A stretch of 64,000 bases of DNA from Azolla caroliniana (Eukaryota; Plantae; Polypodiophyta): contig JBHGNT010000018.1 of assembly GCA_043228905.1 (NCBI GenBank), positions 16,864,001 to 16,928,000 on the forward strand, written 5' to 3'. Shown here piece by piece: positions 26,405-37,183 of the stretch. The notes under the pieces are model-generated. The model did no database searches. It was not told the origin of the DNA and was given only the letters and a program-made list of their open reading frames with translations. Made by a program: the position numbers and the translations under genes. The first letter of the stretch is position 1. The number at the start of each line of letters is the position of its first letter.

Positions 26405-27610
26405 TTGTATGGTACAAAGTCGGCACTTCTGTTTAGTACGGGACATACTATACCACAAAGGCGCGGATGGTATATGGCGACGGGCGGTGCGCAACGACGA
26501 GAAGGATATAATACTACGAGAAGCACACTGCGGAGTGGCCGGAGGCCATTACGCCGGAGATGCTACAGCAAGGAAGATATGGTAGAGTGGCCTATGGTGG
26601 CCGACAACATTGAAAGACGCGGTCCGGTACTCTAAAGAATGCGATCTATGTCACCGAATGGGCTAGCCAACCGAACAAGCTAGGATGCCGCATTAGCCAG
26701 TATTGCCGTTAAAACCATTTCAGAAATGGGGCTGGATTTTGTGGGTCCATTTAAACCACCGGCGATGCGAACTGGCAACCGGTATGTAATTGTCACTACG
26801 AATTACTGCACGAAATAGGTAGAAGCCAAAGCCTTGCGCGACAACACCGCGGTGTCGACGGCGAAATTCTTGTATGAATATATCTGGTGCAGGTATGGAT
26901 GCCTGATCGAGGTAATAAGTGACCAAGGAGGGCACTTCCTCGGCCAAGTGGTCGAAAGCTTGACGTTGTTCTATGCCGTGGTGCATAAACGGAGCACACC
27001 ATACTATACGCAAGCAAACGGGTTAGCCGAGTCGACGAACAAAACGCTACAGATTCTCCTTCAGAAAATCATCAACGAAAACCAGACAGACTGGGATACG
27101 AAATTGCACAGCGCACTCTAGGCTTACCGAACAACCTACAAAACAAGCATCCAAACCACACCGTTCCGGCTAGCATTCGGATTGGAGGCCATCATGCCGG
27201 TAGAGTTCCAGGTCCCGAGCTTACGCAATCAGATGAGGGAACGGTTAAACGAGAAGGAATCGGAGGCAATTCGGTTAGCGGCTTTGTGTGAACTAGAAGA
27301 ACACCGACTAGAGAGTATCATGCACTTAGAATTGGAGCAGCGACGAAGAAAGGCGTTTGTGGATCGCCACTGAAAAGGAAATGAAAAGATGTTTTGAATC
27401 GACAACCGGTACTAGTGTTCCAGACCCGGATGGGAAAGATGCCGGGGAAACTACGGTTTCGGTGGACTGGACCGTACTAGATCACACGCGAGTTCAATGG
27501 ATCCTACCAGTTAGGGACACTTGCCGGCGAAGTCCTGGGTAACTGGGTCAACGGGTTTCAACTAAAGCCATACAAGGGACCCATGCCGAGGAACCCATTT
27601 GAATAAGGAA
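26405..27610 (+). pseudogene. B1 integrase, degenerate
   Basis: REAHCGVAGGHYAG, SDQGGHF, QANGLAE motifs with many stops. Confidence 0.85.
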
Positions 27611-28189
27611 AGGCCGATGCCGAACCAGATACCGGAATACCAGAAACAACGGCAACCCGATTAGCAATCGGCAACAATGAAGCCAGTAAGGGGGACAAAG
27701 AGCCGGCAAGATTCCTCATTCGGGTAAGGGTCTGATAGGACCGGAGGCGAATTAACAATTGATAATCAAAATAAATAAAAAATAAAGAATCGAAACGAAT
27801 CAAAGAAATCATGCAAAGGAGTGGTGGGAACGACCATGCAAACGAGGAGTAAAGAGGCACTTCGAAAAGGTACGAGGGGGCTATGAATAGGGCATTAAAC
27901 CACCGCCACATGGCACGTAATGCTATTATAGTACACGACCTGCACATGCATAGGCTCGAAAAAGGCGCCAAGATGTAGAGAGAAACCCCCCCCCCCCCAT
28001 CAAAACCTTCGCGAACCAAAGAGCACAGACGCACACAGGCGCTTGAAGATCATCAGAAGAGAGCCAACACACACAGAGCTTCCTCACACAGAGCCTCCTC
28101 ACACAAAGCTTCGTCATACACAACCATCACCAACGCTGTCCGACCTCGATGCAGACATGGACTGCAAGGCTCTCTCTGAGGCCGGCAAG

Positions 28190-29720
28190 AAATGGAATGG
28201 TTGCTAGTCACAACCAATGAACTAGAGACGGCCCGATCAAGGATCCGGTCCTTGAACAAGACTTGGATCGGGTCACAGAAGACATTGCCAGAATGGCCTT
28301 AACTGCAACACAGATCCAAGCACCGGTGACTCCGGTGGATGTACAGAATAAAGAGACAACCACGCCTGTACATACGAATAAGACCCAGGAGACAGAAACC
28401 GTCCTAGAGAAAAATGTGGCGCAAGCCCAAGAGCTTGCCGAATTAAGGGACGAACATGCCGCACAAGAAGCACTACGGAGCCGCGAACGAGATTTGAAGA
28501 AAGCGGCAGAAGAGGAGTTAAGGAAGACTGCTGAAAACCTCCGTCGGGCAGAAGAAAATCTACGGAAAGGGCATCAACCTTACGAACGGCTAAAGGAGGA
28601 AAAAGAAAAATTGTTGCAGGAGAAGGACAAGTTGCGACGGGAGGCGGAAACGGAAATCGAAAGCTTGAAAGAAGAACTCTGTCAACAAAAGGACCGGGAA
28701 GACCGCACTCGCTGACAAATCAACCAGAGGCTGAAGCAGAACACAGAGGACTTCGACCACCTGCACTGGAACTTTAAGAGCTTGGACATGGAGTATAAGC
28801 AACAACAGGAAAGGATGGCGGAGCTCCGGTAGGAAGCTGATAGGGCCACAATAGCACTTGCCGACGAACGGGCTGAGAATACAAAGCTATTGGAGGAAGC
28901 GGCGAGGGACCGGATGGATCTCCACAAGCAACACAATGAAGAAAAGGAGAGGGCGACAATGGTGTTACAGAGGTTGCAAAAAACCTATCAAAGTCAATTG
29001 TCGCATTATAGGGAGTAGGAGGCGGACACGGTCAGAATCATCAAGCAATTGAAAGAGGAGCGACAAGCCGCGGAGAACAAATCACAGATGGGAACCGAAC
29101 GGATCCAGTACATCCTCCGGGCATGGCTAAACAAGACCAAATGCTTGATTGACGAGAGCTATGTGCGATGGTGGACGAAATGGGCGCAGATTACGGCTGA
29201 ACTCCAGTTGCTCGGGGCGGACGCTGAAAACCGATGGAAGGAAGGTGACGATTGTTACATGCTCACATCGGAGGACTTCACCACCATAAAGGATGAGCTG
29301 GCGGAAGATTTCATAGCTCTGGCAGATGAGCAATTGGTGCATGTCTGGCAACTCATAGCTCAACTGGACGACGATCGGATGGATGCTCAAATCCAGTTTC
29401 AAAGCTATGAGCGGTCCCGGCTTAGGGAAGAAAAAGCAAGGTAGGTGGCAACGGTCAACCTCAGTGATGAGGAATCGTCGCCGGTACAAGGACCAGACGG
29501 AGACCCGGCCTGGGTAAGTAAACCAGAGACAACTCCGACGGAGGAAACAACGAAGGAAACGTCGGTGCCAGAGCAACCATCAGAGCCGCAGCCAGAGTCG
29601 GAGCCACAAACGGAGAAGTAACCCAAGCCACAATCGGAGCAGCCGCAGCCACAACAGATTCCCGTAGAACCACTGGAGACCCTGGAGCAAAGCATCCTGG
29701 ATATCTTGGACGAAGGGTAA
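28190..29720 (+). pseudogene. B1 3' extra ORF (coiled-coil), degenerate
   Basis: Close homologue of 10600-12100 (AQAQELAELRDE..., VRWWTKWAQ). Confidence 0.75.
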
Positions 29721-29772
29721 GGGGCCTGTGTGGGATTCGACGTACAAGGTACGTTCCCACGGGCATGCCATG

Positions 29773-30236
29773 TGTTACTCGGCTGACAAAGGAGCTAAGG
29801 ACGGCAAAGACCAGGGTGTGGAAAGGGGAATTGTTATTTAGGAATCTATTGAAATTACTAGTCTTAATATATAGATTAATATATGAGAAGATGTGGACGG
29901 ACGGATCGGAATCGGTATGCCGATCCGGATCCGGATCGATCCCCAATAGGTGCCGGTTGGCACCGTTTTGTACTTCGCACCAATGACCTATATAAAGGCC
30001 CGGTTATAATGTAGTCATTAACGGAGAGTAATATAAACCTTTTGTCTAATCATTGAGTATTGTTCACCGTTCTGTGCTTATTGTATATCTTACGCGTGTT
30101 AATAATGTATTGCTAAGTAACCGATTAAGGTCCAATTTAGCGTTGTGTCGTAAGTTATCTCACCGTAACACCCTTTGGTGAAGTGTCTTAAGTGGACACC
30201 CTGTGTTAGGCTGTTGTCCGTCCCTAAGGATTAACA
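29773..30236 (+). repeat. B1 3' LTR
   Basis: TGTTAC...TAACA; matches 2071-2224 plus 8752-9051; contains an 18-bp palindrome at 29921-29938. Confidence 0.9.
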
Positions 30237-30241
30237 TGAGA

Positions 30242-30728
30242 GAGGACATCCGGTTTCCCATGTTGAACGTCGGGTCGAAACAAGATTTCGAAGTCGTATT
30301 TGGCGAGAAAAGATGACCAACAAGCCTCGGATTCAACGTACGACTAGTGGTGAAGTAGATGAGATTCTTGTGGTCGGTCAACACGTAGATACGATGTTGG
30401 GCCCCAACAAGATACTAGTGTTGTTCACCTTTATTAGAATCAAGTTGCACCTGAGTATTTATACAAGAAGGTAGAGGTATGTATGCTAGTTAGGAATAGA
30501 GAATTTATGAAGATGCATGCAAACTAGGAATAGAGAATGCATGAGGATGCATGCAAGCAAGGAATTTCCAATGTTCAATCTACCATACATGAAGTTGGAT
30601 TTTACATAACGATGCATAGATGGATGTAGCTTAGTTGGTAGGGTTTCCCAATGGAGACCAAGAGTTCTTGGGTTCAATCCTTACCTTCGGTTGTGGGCTT
30701 GCAAATGTCATAGATTTCTATGATGACA
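30242..30728 (-). mobile_element. G1-family remnant: partial LTR (30414-30728) fused by deletion to the RNase H region (30242-30413)
   Basis: 30414-30720 aligns with 163-460; the YVLTDHKNL...GKPDVLS frame continues into 2065 and below. Confidence 0.8.
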
Positions 30729-31147
30729 ACTTTGCCCCCTCAATTCGTCCTTGAGTTCTCCAAAAATACATCGTTGGGTCCCATGTTAGTTGATCCGAAT
30801 GCCCTTCTATTTCCCAACACACTGTCGTCGGTGTGATCTCCCTTGGCTTAGGGTCAATAATCATATCCTTTCCATTTTTTGTAATCGGTCTAATCGACCT
30901 TTCGCTTTGATAGGCTGGTTGTTCACATCTTGCCATTTTGTGCTCTATTTTTGCAGTAGCATGCCTCATTCGAAGTTGGTTTCACTCCAATTAGACAATT
31001 CTCAGCATCTATAAGTCCTATCCATGCAATTTCAGAGGTAATGATATCTTCCTCTTCCAAAGAATGCCTTTACCCTAGCTTATTCTCCACATTCTAGCCT
31101 TTTGAGTGCCCACATCATTAGACAGAAATCTCTTCCAATCCACCAAT
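30729..31147 (-). pseudogene. LINE ORF2 fragment, post-RT region
   Basis: Frame LINAQGNA/LVDWKRF is continuous with 48857 and above once the TIR element and one TSD are removed; WDP..YFW motif. Confidence 0.6.
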
Positions 31148-31180
31148 AACACCGGGTCATTTGAAACAGGTAATATGTCG
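31148..31180 (+). repeat. Left TIR AACACCGGGTCATTTGAAACAGGTAATATGTCG
   Basis: Exact reverse complement of 48820-48852. Confidence 0.95.
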
Positions 31181-31474
31181 CATTATGAGAACACTACGTC
31201 CAAAAAGGGCACAAAAGCACGCAGCTTTCAAAAAGACACGACGCATGCGTAAAGCTTTTCAGAAAAGGTGGCAAAATATATTGAATTTCAACATGACTAC
31301 CACTTTGAGTCATAAGTAAAATGCCTCCAAAAATACATCACCAAAATTACAAAATAATGTACAACATGTCTACCAGTTACAATTATACATATTCGTGAGT
31401 TTACATCCAAAACAAATTTACAAAGTTTCCGATCATGTAGTAAAACAATCCCCAGCTTGAACCAAACCAATATA

Positions 31475-33555
31475 TTAAGACATGTCTGATGGACTAGAAG
31501 AGCCTTCTGACGTCTCATCCTCATCATCAGTGGCAATCAAAGCATTATCCTCATCCAATTCCAACCCAACATCTTTGTGGTTATGAGAATTGCTTCTGGT
31601 TATTCTCTGTATTTCATTTGACACCATGTTTGGGATTTTCTCCTTTATTATCTTGATAGTTGCTTGTCTTAGATGACCTGATTTTCTCAATGAGAAGTCA
31701 TATACTAGTATGTCAACACGGTCTAGTGCGAGAGTAGCCGTGCTCGGTATATTCTTTCTTCTTCTCTTTCTGCTTGAACATCCGACATCCTTAACCATCT
31801 CTAAAGAATACTTTCCTGTAAATGCATCAGTTGAATTTGTCTGATACCAATGGACTACTATTGACTTTGTCTGACTACTTTCTTCATCCCTTACTAATTC
31901 AATAATTTTTGCAATCCAAAATGGATGGCCCAAGGTATCGTCCCCTGCTAATGTTGCAACCAACATTCCCACTTGTAGTTCTTGCAAATTACCTTGCCAT
32001 CTTGCCTCAACAGTACGTGACTTTCTTGGTCCCACATAAATATCTCTTTACAGTGGCCGAACTAAATCATGAAGCTCCATATTAATCGATTGTTGGTGAT
32101 GAGTCTGCGATATCGTTGATGTCATCCCAATGTTCCATGTGAATGGGATACGGACTGGCCATAAACCGGCGATGTAATTATCTAAAATGGTGCGTTGATG
32201 GGTGAAGAAAATCTCCCACCATTCAACATCCTCATCACCGGCATACTTCTTAGTCCGATCAATATTATTTTGTTTCTCTGCTAGACATCTCAACCAATAT
32301 GCCCTTTGTTCATCAATAGTACTATTTGGTGCTACATTTTTACGATCATCATATGGCATTTGTTGTGCACCATGTAGAGGTTCATCTGGGATATGAAGAA
32401 GGAGCCTACAACCTTCTTGGGGCTCCCATTGTGCACTAGATGAGTATTGTTTCGCAAACAACACCGTCATCTTCAGGTGGGCCGATCTTTGTTTTATGAG
32501 GAAGACATGGTTGAAACTTATATTATTAAGAGGTGCAAGCACCCTACCTTTAGTCCCGTCACTATCCATGCAGAAACGTTTAAAGTCGTATACTTCTTCC
32601 AAGTGTTGTACTTCAGGCTTTGGTGTATATGCTTCACTAATAAATTTGGATAGCGTGGGAAGTGTGAAAGCATTACAGCGAGCAAGTTTCTTGAGAACCT
32701 ACTGAACATTTGATCTATGTGATCATGGGTATGACCAACCAACAAGAAGTTAACCTTTATCTTTTTAAATATGCCCCTCTCTACTAGCATGCTTAGATAG
32801 CCGAAGACAGTTGAGTTCTTATTCTCTCTTGCTGTGTTGTCTAGTTGCACATATAGAACTGGCGGGAGTATACCTGACCATGATTGCAATACCCTGTGCA
32901 TGACAGTGACAGTAAGATTAGGGTCGTTGTGGATATTGGGATATGTTAAGAACACTTGCGGTCTTATAGTTTGACAGTATGTCAAACAACCCACTAGATG
33001 CATTTGCACGAGACACTCATCTCCAATATCCTTGGGGAGTCTTTGAAAATGCCGCAAACAAGTTTTCTTTTGATCCATGCCGTCAATAATCATGCACATA
33101 TACTTTTCGGGAGATTGAAACGCTTTTTGTCGGTGATGCATAGCCTTAGTACGTTCCAATGCCTGACTTTCACGATGTTCTTTTAATAGGTTCTTGTAAT
33201 TCTTGATCTCTACATCTGATTTTCCACCCTTGGCCATACTTTTTAAACTCGCACATATTGAGCAAACTCCCATTCGCACCTTTCATGGGATAACCACGTT
33301 ATTAAATTGTAACCTCCATAGTCGATTAAAATTCTTGTACTGTATGTAAGGCTCAACATCGGAAGACATGTCGTCCTTGTACGATTGGTAAACTTCCCTT
33401 CGAGTAAAGTTATCTGACAAATGAAGTCTTCCTGTCGTTGGCATAACTTCGCACTGTTTTGAAAAATATACCTCCATCCACCTAATTGCCTGTTGCCCAA
33501 TTTGACCCTTACATCCAGAACCATTTTGATCGAACTGTACCCAGGAGCCCTTCAC
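31475..33555 (-). pseudogene. Sola-type DDD transposase with C-terminal BAH-like domain; 2 stops, 1 frameshift, start not found
   Basis: CSIC..H, IIDGMDQ, LDNTARENKN, FLLVGHTHDHIDQMFS; in-frame stops at 33283 and 32048; frameshift near 32695. Confidence 0.82.
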
Positions 33556-33591
33556 AAGTCGCTCTTGAACTCGTTGCAGCAGGCACGAACC

Positions 33592-36500
33592 ATGAACAAG
33601 GGAAAGAAAATCGTCAGGTTAGTAATATTCATTACATTTTTTAAGATTCCTAAAGATTCCTTAAAGATTCCTTTCCTCGACACATAGAAATTTTATTTTA
33701 TTTTGTACAACGAACTTGGAAAGCAATTCTGATAGCCAGGACTTTCAACCGAAATCCGATGCACTGCATCGGATTTGCGTTGCAAGGCAGAACCTTCAAC
33801 CAAAATCCGATGCAGTGCATCGGATTTTGGTTGAAAAAAATGTTGTTTTTGCGATAAAAAACTATCGCATGGGACCATAAAATTGACGTAATTTAAATGA
33901 TAATTTGCGTGATTTAGATGAAATTGTACGTTGTTTCTATGTTTTCACCAACGTTTTTAATTTCAGTGAACCCAGACAAAAAGTTCCTTCATTTAGATTG
34001 AAGATTCGATCTCCGACAAAATGAGATTCTGGCTCCTTCATGAAGGACACGAGTAAAAAGAATTTATTTGACTCAACGGGGGAAGGAGGCTCCAAGTCAT
34101 CTGTGGCTACTACCAAAATCAACAAAGGTAGTATGCAAGAGGAGAAAACGATTGAGGTGAAATATAAGGATTACCCCGAACTTGAATGGTGTCTCTCTTA
34201 TGTCGAGGAGGATGGGGTGTTGTTATTGATAATGGCAAAATCGGACGGGGAAGGGAAACTTCAGCTTGGAAAAACATTTAATTACGGGCATGTAACCAAG
34301 CTAGAGTACGAAGACATTGATTCTACATGTATTTTAATCGACGTCTCGAGCTCAGTTGGCGACAGGCGATTGCGACTTGATGAGGGAAACCTAGTACCCG
34401 AATCTTGCAATCCCAAGGCTTTGCGTAAAGACCTGCAAACGAAAAATAACTTGTTGGTAGGTAGCTCTTCGGCCGTACGTGACAGGAGAGATGATGACCG
34501 GTGAAGCAGAAACTCCACCGAAAAAGTCTAGGAAGACAAATCCTGTTCAAAAGAAATATACTAAACGACCACGACCCGAAGAAGAAGAAGAAGAAGAAAT
34601 ATTAGAGTTCGTGGAAGAAGAAGAAGACCAACAAGTCGACGTCGTGGCTCCAGGCGGACAACTATCTTCTGGTGTCCTGATGTCAGAACAAAATAAAATA
34701 AGAGAAAATATTGTGAAGACTAAATTTGTGCGCAGGGGCCAGCTATTTCATTTGCCCATTACTTCTATCCAAAGGCCCCCCATTGACCCCGTGACTGGAA
34801 GACGTCCCTTGGAAATTAGGGAGCCGCACTCCGTCCATGTGCAAAACCTAAAAAGCAAAATGAAAATCAATCCTCACGTTACTGTGGTGCCATTTTTGGT
34901 AATGGTTGATCAAGAACAATGCCCAACAGTAGCAGATTTCAAGTATAGCTCTGCAGACGATTACACATACTATGTAATCGGAGGATCACATTCGACCGAA
35001 GCTCGACGACAGCTTGTCAAAGAATATCCTCTCACGCCGTTCTTCAAATATGCCGAATGTAAGGTATATGCAGGACTAACTCACGAGGAGGCGAAGCTGC
35101 TCGCATGGGACCATAACAATGACAACGATTATAGGCAAAAGATGTCATGTATAGAGAGGATAAGATTTTTTCATCATGAATACTTCGATGCCTTCAATCG
35201 TTTTGGTTCAAGATTGTGGCCTGGATTGCGACGTCAGTGTTTATTGGAAGTAGGGATTGCAGTGGATGAGAGTACCAAATCCGAAGGTCTCCGAAAATAT
35301 GATTCTTGGTTTCAACTAGCTTTTCGGACCGGAGAGGTGTGGGATCTCCATGACAAAATATTCTCTATGTAGGAGCGGAAAGAAGTCAAGGGGCAAAGAT
35401 CAAAAAAGGGAAGAATTGATCCACAAGTTGAGATGAAATCAAAAACCAAGGGAAAAAGCGACTTGGTAATCGAGGAGTTACCAGAGGACATGAAACTTTT
35501 ACCTTGGAGATCATTACAAGGTATCAAAGATGATAGATTGTTAATATCCGTGCTATCTCGAGTGGTCGCCAAGGAATTTAGTTTGGACGAGATGGTAACA
35601 GACTTGCAAAAGTAAGTGTTTATAGTATACCTTTTCATGAAAGTCTTCAATTCTTTTGAATATCTTATTTCTAATTTCATATTGATTGTGCAGTCACAAG
35701 GTATACATGAAGATTCAGGAGTTGATGATGCAAAAACTGAGTTTACCGACATGGGAAGAAGTTGAACAAGCCTGCCCGATAACTTCTTCCTACAAGGCAT
35801 TGGAGGAATATTTTATTGTATTTAGAGAATGGGTATGTGTCTTTTGAATGTTGATATGTTAGAAAGTAATGTTCCCTGCTAACAACAATGACACTTGCAG
35901 AAACCATCAAAATCGAAAAAGAACAACGACAATAATGACGGTATTCCAGCGGCCTTCATCACGCACTTAGAACGTGCGAAATATGAGAAGAGAATGACCA
36001 AAGGGAAGGAAATGGAACTGCCCGAGGATTCGGAGACTGTAAAGAGTTTTTTGCATAGGTCCAATCCTTTCAAACAGCTTCATTATAGTGTTTTCAATGG
36101 CGAAGTATCCCAGATGCTCGAACTGTTACCGAGAAGGCACTACACTTTGCTGATAGCTGACATACCATATGGTTTCCGTATTGCGGGATCAACATATGAT
36201 GATGTGCCTTTCAAGTACCCTCAGATCAAGAAAATAGTAAAGGATTTCGCAGAACTGACATTGGCCCCCTTGTGGAGGATAGTCATATTTCATAGCATGG
36301 GGCAATCACTGTCAGTCACAACAGCTTTGAAGTCTCGTTGTCATGCCACTGAACACATGCATTGGTGCGTTATAGTTCGCTTTTACTCATTACAGTACTT
36401 CTTATTATATGTACACATTTACACCTCTAATACTTGATTTTCTTTCTCTATAGGATCAAAACAAATATTACACGTAGCCCTGGCGATCGAATGGTTAGTG

Positions 36501-37183
36501 CGGTCGAACATTTTTGTGTGGGCTACTATGATTCAATTACAAAGAAGAAGGCTAGAGCACATGTCAATGAGCGTAACGTGGTTAACTACATCATGTGCCC
36601 AGCTGTAACCAAAAAATTAAGACATGTGTCAGGGGATAAAAGTATGGTGAACCCTTATCAAAAACCTCAAAGATTGATCAACCGCCTCATAGAGCTCTTC
36701 TCGAATCCAGATGATTGGGTCCTAGACTTGTTCTCTGGCACAGGTATAATATATATATTTAATTTCAATCTTGTCTATCAAGTTTAAGATGTTACTTCTT
36801 ATATATACTTGTTTGTGTTCATGCGACCATTAGGTACAACGACAGCTTGTGCATTGAAGATGTTTAGAAACTGTGTTGCATTGGAGAAGGACCCTGCTCA
36901 AGTTAACTTCATCAAAATGAGGATCACAGGAATCTGGGACTGTCCAGATCAGGATCAAGAAGTCGGAGCAAAACACATCAACGAGACAGAGATGTTCCAG
37001 ATGACTTCACGAGAACCAATGGAACCAATTGATGAAGAAGCAGGGGAGCTGGTGGACTTGGAAGATGTAGCACAATTTGATCATACATCAGATTCGGGAG
37101 AGCTTGGAGATGACACGAATGAAAACAGTCTAGAACAATCAGCGCCAGAGGAGCCTGCTCTGCCTGATTTGCTTATAGATTGA
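33592..37183 (+). pseudogene. Spliced gene: ParB/Srx-like domain fused to a beta-class N6A/N4C DNA methyltransferase
   Basis: YYVIGGSHSTEAR ParB-like motif; motif IV ADIPYG precedes NPYQKP..L..LI and motif I VLDLFSGTGTT..ALEKD. Frame-preserving GT-AG introns 35612-35693, 35833-35900, 36365-36453 and 36744-36833; tentative first intron 33618-33966. Lesions: TGA at about 34022, frame break at about 34480, TAG at 35370. Confidence 0.85.
33744..33835. promoter_or_regulatory. Two tandem palindromes with core AAATCCGATGCA-n-TGCATCGGATTT
   Basis: 33752-33776 has 12-bp perfect arms; 33795-33835 has 20-bp perfect arms with a 1-nt centre; any regulatory function is only inferred. Confidence 0.5.

Larger units (their letters stand above)
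13124..26405 (-). mobile_element. Truncated C-family gypsy C' (3' LTR 13124-13323 plus 25595-26087, integrase tail 26164-26405), split by element C
   Basis: LTR termini are reverse complements of C LTR termini; PPT at about 26088-26103; RKFARRWFGPY integrase tail matches C. Confidence 0.8.
2071..30236 (+). mobile_element. Non-chromovirus Ty3/gypsy element B1 (rearranged; hosts further insertions), inserted in G1 pol
   Basis: 5' LTR starts TGTTAC at 2071 and is split (2071-2224 plus 8752-9051); 3' LTR 29773-30236; TSD CGAGA (2066-2070) / TGAGA (30237-30241, CpG transition); PBS-like TGGCGACC at about 9059. Confidence 0.85.

Noticed and set aside
27985-28125. Poly-C run and CACACAGAGC-type short repeats
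   Set aside because: Low-complexity spacer of B1 with no evidence of function.
30729-30830. AGGGGGCAAAG as a PPT and VCWEIEG..TWDP as a chromodomain of another gypsy
   Set aside because: No integrase lies upstream, and the frame connects to LINE sequence across the TIR element; a LINE flank is more parsimonious, though not certain.
33592-37183. Bacterial contamination or prophage as the source of the ParB-MTase
   Set aside because: It has spliceosomal introns, lies within TIRs and a TSD inside a LINE, and has plant copias nested beside it.
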